64,000 nucleotides of DNA from Planctomycetota bacterium (GTDB lineage Bacteria; Planctomycetota; UBA8108; SXIK01): positions 3,200,001-3,264,000 of the forward strand of contig CBDCXR010000004.1 of NCBI GenBank assembly GCA_965223845.1. Reading direction: 5' to 3'. Below, one piece after another: positions 59,872 to 64,000 of the stretch. Position 1 is the stretch's first letter. Every line of letters begins with the position of its first letter. The notes beneath the pieces are model-generated. The model had not been told where the DNA came from. It saw nothing but the letters and a program-made list of their open reading frames with translations, and did no database searches. The translations under genes were made by a program, and so were the position numbers.

Positions 59872-60966
59872 TCATTCGATCCTTCGAAACACTTTCGAGC
59901 GGAATTCCCGCGACACCGAGAGCCCCAGCTTTCTCGCGGATTTCAAATTGAGAATGATCTTGGTCTTGCGCGCGAACGACGAGCATTCCGAATCGATCGA
60001 TTCGCCTTCGAGCACCGAGTTCGCGATCTCGCCGGCGTGCGACCCGAGATCGCCCACGTCGGCAAACGACACCGCTAGCGTGGCTCCCATCTCTGCATGA
60101 GCATCGGAGAGTCCGACGACGGGCACCTTGGCCCGGAACGCGACTAGGAGGATCTGCCTCACGATTCGCTTTTCGAGCACGTGGGGATCCGGCGCGACCC
60201 AGAACGCGTCCATCCGATCGCTCCGAAGAGCGTTCAAGGCTCTCAAGACGTCCTTGCGCCCGGAAATTCGCCGAGCGATGAGTTCGATTCCGAGCTCATT
60301 CGCGACGCCCTTCGCTTTCGCGATGAGGTGCGCGGTGTGTTCCGTCGAGTAGAAGGTCACGATCCTTCTCACCGACGGATCGACCTCGCGAAGCGCGCGA
60401 AACGTGTCGCCGGGAGCGACGTTCATGCTCGTCCCGCAGAAGGGAACGCCCGCTTTCGAGCGGGGCCCGCTCGCAGGATTGACCACCATCGTGTAAACGA
60501 CGGGAATTCGCGACTGGCGTTCGACCGCGACGTCGAGAGCCCACGGTCCAACCGCGAGGATGAGATCCGGCTTGTCGTCGTCGACGATCCTCTGAATCAG
60601 GCGTCGACCGCGATCGAGGTCCCCGCGCATGTCGTGCACGCTCTTCACTCGGTGACGGCAGGTGCGCTTGAATGCGTCGACGGCGAGGCGGTAGGACGGC
60701 GCCGGCGCGCTCAGCAGCACAGAGACCTCGGCGGCCGCTGCGGTCCGAGCGAGCACCAGCGGCAGACACAGCACGGCGAGCGCTTTAAGCCGACGCCGGC
60801 GGCCTCCTCGCCGATGGACTCGATTCCTCGCGACGGCACTTCGTTCCGAAGAATCTCCCTCTAGTACCGGAACGCCGCCTCCCACGGGAAGCGGTCGCTC
60901 CCCGAGGCAGAGGACAGAGCGAGCTCGTGCGAGCGGCGGCCGGCAGATCGGCGCGAGGGATACCAT
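59872..60966 (-). CDS. ABC-type substrate-binding protein (ABC_sub_bind-like)
   Basis: KPDLILAVG; IPVVYTMV; DAFWVAPD; GATLAV; IILNLKSARKLGL; signal-like LAVLCLPLVLARTAAAA. Start uncertain. Confidence 0.8.
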   Translation of the reverse strand: MVSLAPICRPPLARARSVLCLGERPLPVGGGVPVLEGDSSERSAVARNRVHRRGGRRRRLKALAVLCLPLVLARTAAAAEVSVLLSAPAPSYRLAVDAFKRTCRHRVKSVHDMRGDLDRGRRLIQRIVDDDKPDLILAVGPWALDVAVERQSRIPVVYTMVVNPASGPRSKAGVPFCGTSMNVAPGDTFRALREVDPSVRRIVTFYSTEHTAHLIAKAKGVANELGIELIARRISGRKDVLRALNALRSDRMDAFWVAPDPHVLEKRIVRQILLVAFRAKVPVVGLSDAHAEMGATLAVSFADVGDLGSHAGEIANSVLEGESIDSECSSFARKTKIILNLKSARKLGLSVSREFRSKVFRRIE

Positions 60967-61650
60967 CGAAAGCGATTCTCGCCATGCTTCTCCCCCCGCG
61001 TAGAACCTGGTGCGACTCAACGATACGTCGTCCCTCCATCGAGCGGAACTGTAGCGGGGTTCGTCCCCATTTGTGGAAACGCTTCGGCGGGCAGCGGGCG
61101 TTTGTTCCGAGGTGATCGCGCGCACGATTTCCGAGGGAGGCCGCCGCGTTCAAGTACCGAGAACTCGAATCAGTAAGGGTCGTTCAGCTTCCGAGCGGCG
61201 AAGCGTGCGGAGCGATCGCGGCGTCCGGCTCGAGCGTCGCTCGAGGACGAAGTCGACCAGCCCTCGGGATACGAGTACGGACGGTGAGGACGGCACACGC
61301 GTTGGGCGCCGTCTCAACCGTTGGTCAGGTGATCGCGGGGGACGAGCGCCGCGGAGAAAACCGATCGACACGACTTTCGAATCGAGCGGGTCGAGGAGAG
61401 TTCGGTGGGCCCTTTCTGGAACGTCGCCGCTCTCGGGTGATTTCCCGATCACAAGGAGTTTCTCGGCCCACGGTCCGTGTCGGATCGGAACTCCGTCCCA
61501 GCGTCTCGACCGCGCGCGTCGCAGGACTAAGGGGAGACCTCGCGTGAGATCACCGGCGCTCGAGGACCATTTGTTTTCGCTCTCGGTGCGGATATCCTGA
61601 CGCACTGACTGCTCGATCCTCCGCCGTCGTTCTCGAGAGACACCTTCACC

Positions 61651-62790
61651 ATGGGCCGAGAAGATTTCCGCGATCCCCGCCGCGAGTTTTCGCGCCCGTT
61701 CGAGCGCCGAACGCGACCGAGGCCCTCGATCTCCACGATCGTTCGCGCGGGCGCGGCGATCGTGTTCGCGGCTTTGCTCGTCGCGGGCTCCGTGACGAGC
61801 TTCTACACCGTCGATGCCGACGAGGTCGCTGTCGTCCTCCGATTCGGCAAGTACCTCGAGACGACCGAGCCGGGGCTTCATTTCAAGATCCCGTTCGGAG
61901 TCGACACGATCACCTCGGTCAAGGTGAATCGCATTCACAAGGAGGAGTTCGGCTTTCGTACCGTTTCAGCCGGTCAGCGCACGCGATACTCGCAGCAGGA
62001 GTTCGACGACGAGTCGTTGATGCTCACCGCCGATCTGAGCATCGCCGACGTGGAGTGGATCGTTCAGTACAAGATCAGCGATCCGTACAAGTACCTCTTC
62101 CGCGTCAAGAACCTCACCGCAGACGGGAATTCATCGACGCTTCGGGACGTCACCGAGTCTGCGATGCGCCTCGCGGTCGGCGACCACAGCATCGACGAGG
62201 TGATCGCGCTCAAGCGCCCGGAGATCGCCGCGGAGGTCCGCCGGAGAATCCAAGAAAACCTCGACCTCTACGACGCGGGACTCGAAGTCGTCACCGTCGA
62301 ACTCCAAGACATCAATCCTCCGCTCCAAGTGCGGGACTCGTTCAACGAGGTCAACCGCGCCATTCAGGAGAAGCAGACGAGCATCAACGAAGCTCGCCGC
62401 GATTGGAACAAGGAGATTCCGGCCGCTACAGGAGAAGCGATGCAGATGATCGAAGCCGCGGAGGGATACAAGACGCGCCGAGTGAACGAATCGCGCGGTG
62501 ATGTCGCGCGCTTCAGCCTGCTTCTCACCGAGTACGAGAAAGCGAAGGATGTGACTCGGGCACGACTCTATCTCGAGACGCTCGAGGACGTGCTTCCGTT
62601 GATCTCGCAGGTCTACGTCGTAGACGACGAGCAGTCCGGCCCGCTCCAGGTCCTCGACCTCAAGGCGGCGGCGGCGAGGCGCGCCGGAGCGAGTACTCCG
62701 CCTCGGACGCCGCAACCAACGCCGAGGGCGAGCACAACGCGTCGCCCTAACCCGGTGCGGCCGGCGGCTCGAACGCAGGGGGGGAGATAG
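61651..62790 (+). CDS. hflK: FtsH protease modulator HflK
   Basis: VVLRFGKY...PGLHFKIPFG; MLTAD...VEWIVQYKI; PPLQVRDSFNEV; EGYK...VNESRGD; RLYLET. Confidence 0.95.
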   Translation: MGREDFRDPRREFSRPFERRTRPRPSISTIVRAGAAIVFAALLVAGSVTSFYTVDADEVAVVLRFGKYLETTEPGLHFKIPFGVDTITSVKVNRIHKEEFGFRTVSAGQRTRYSQQEFDDESLMLTADLSIADVEWIVQYKISDPYKYLFRVKNLTADGNSSTLRDVTESAMRLAVGDHSIDEVIALKRPEIAAEVRRRIQENLDLYDAGLEVVTVELQDINPPLQVRDSFNEVNRAIQEKQTSINEARRDWNKEIPAATGEAMQMIEAAEGYKTRRVNESRGDVARFSLLLTEYEKAKDVTRARLYLETLEDVLPLISQVYVVDDEQSGPLQVLDLKAAAARRAGASTPPRTPQPTPRASTTRRPNPVRPAARTQGGR

Positions 62791-62792
62791 TC

Positions 62793-63809
62793 ATGGCGCG
62801 GCTCGGAATTCTCGTCGGAGGGCTCGCCATCGCCGCTGCGATCGTCATCGCTGCGAGCGCGTTCGTCGTGCGCGAAACGGAACAGATCATCGTCACCGAG
62901 TTCGGCGAGCCCGTGGGGGAAGCGATTACCGAAGCGGGACTTCACTGGAAAGTTCCGTTCATTCAGAAGGTCAATCGCTTCGAGAAGCGCCTCCTCGCGT
63001 TCGACGGCGCCCCGGAGCAGATCCCGACAAAAGACAAGAAATACATCTTCATCGATACGTTTGCGCGCTGGCGCATCGCCGATCCACTCGAGTTCTTTCG
63101 CGCGGTGCGGGACGAGCGCGGCGCTCAGGCTCGTCTCGATGACATTCTCGACGCCGCGGCGCGAAACGCGATCTCGGGGAATCCACTCATCGAGGCGGTC
63201 CGAAACACCGACCGCGAACTCGAAATGGAGGAGCTCCCCCACGGAGACCTCGACCCGGACGCACCTGCCGTCGCGCCGACTGCGCCCGCGCTCGCACGAG
63301 GCGTCGAAAGCGAGGCGCCGGTAGTCCGTGGCCGCATCGCCATCACGCGGGAGATCTTCGACAAAGCCCGCGAGAAGGTCGCGACCTACGGGATCGAGCT
63401 CGTCGACGTTCGCATCAAACGCATCAACTACGTGAAGGAAGTCCGTGACCGGGTGTACACGCGAATGATCTCGGAGCGCGAGCAGATCGCCGAGAAGTAT
63501 CGTTCCGAAGGGAAGCAGTTTCTCCTCGGGTTCACCGGCAAGATCGGTCGCGAAAAGGATCGACTCCTCTCCGAGGCCTACGCGAAGGCCGAGCGCATCA
63601 AGGCCGAAGGCGATGCGGAGGCGGCGCGCATCTACGCCGAGACATACAATCGGGACTCCGAGTTCTTCCTCTTCTGGCGCACCCTCCAGTTCTATCGGGA
63701 GAACCTGGGCAACAACACAACGCTCGTCCTCGGCACCGACACGGATCTCTTCCGCTATCTAGTGAACGCGAATCTCCTGTCGGAGCCACCCGCAGTCGGC
63801 GGGAAGTAG
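62793..63809 (+). CDS. hflC: FtsH protease modulator HflC
   Basis: GLHWKVPFIQ; TKDKK...WRIADP; DVRIKR; RMISER; GDAEAARIYA; follows hflK. Confidence 0.95.
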   Translation: MARLGILVGGLAIAAAIVIAASAFVVRETEQIIVTEFGEPVGEAITEAGLHWKVPFIQKVNRFEKRLLAFDGAPEQIPTKDKKYIFIDTFARWRIADPLEFFRAVRDERGAQARLDDILDAAARNAISGNPLIEAVRNTDRELEMEELPHGDLDPDAPAVAPTAPALARGVESEAPVVRGRIAITREIFDKAREKVATYGIELVDVRIKRINYVKEVRDRVYTRMISEREQIAEKYRSEGKQFLLGFTGKIGREKDRLLSEAYAKAERIKAEGDAEAARIYAETYNRDSEFFLFWRTLQFYRENLGNNTTLVLGTDTDLFRYLVNANLLSEPPAVGGK

Positions 63810-63847
63810 GGAATGCCCGACGGGCTCGCGGAGTCTCCGCTCGGTAG

Positions 63848-64000
63848 TCAGATCAGTTCCGCGATGGGCTGCCCCTCGGGGACGATCGGATGCGGTCGCC
63901 CCCGGGTGTCCGTGTAAGTGGCGTCGAGCGGAACGCCGAAATGGTGGTAGATCGTCGCGGCGAGGTCTCCCGGGGTGACCGGCCGCTCCTTGATGTGACC
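63848..64000 (-). CDS. DUF1501 domain protein, C-terminal fragment (runs off window edge)
   Basis: Manual translation GHIKERPVTPGDLAATIYHHFGVPLD...GRPHPIVPEGQPIAELI*, matching the ends of the other DUF1501 proteins here (PIAELF, PIRELV). Confidence 0.85.
   Translation of the reverse strand, partial: GHIKERPVTPGDLAATIYHHFGVPLDATYTDTRGRPHPIVPEGQPIAELI

Noticed and set aside
1-64000. Very frequent TCGA/GATC/CTCGAG palindromes
   Set aside because: Spread throughout and explicable by codon usage (CTC GAG, ATC GAC); a genome signature rather than a local element. Not quantified.

Overview
GC-rich bacterial window with gene content typical of Planctomycetota. It holds three sulfatases, four DUF1501 genes, two DUF1549/DUF1553 genes, a DUF1592-DUF1552 pair, a CotH/LamG/dockerin-like surface protein, an ECF sigma-Ser/Thr kinase pair, three membrane-tethered ECF sigma fusions, carbohydrate enzymes (CE7, GH13), an efflux OMF+MFP pair with no adjacent pump, a substrate-binding protein/OM barrel/hybrid kinase operon, and hflKC. 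No rRNA, tRNA, CRISPR, transposase or integrase was recognised. Most notable: all three ECF fusion genes carry a strong in-frame Shine-Dalgarno plus ATG just before the transmembrane helix, predicting a nested sigma-less isoform, and a free-standing gene (49029-50078) resembles such an isoform. A ~35-bp purine-rich intergenic element occurs three times, and two membrane proteins share an unrecognised N-terminal domain. All family calls come from motif recognition by eye; no searches were run.
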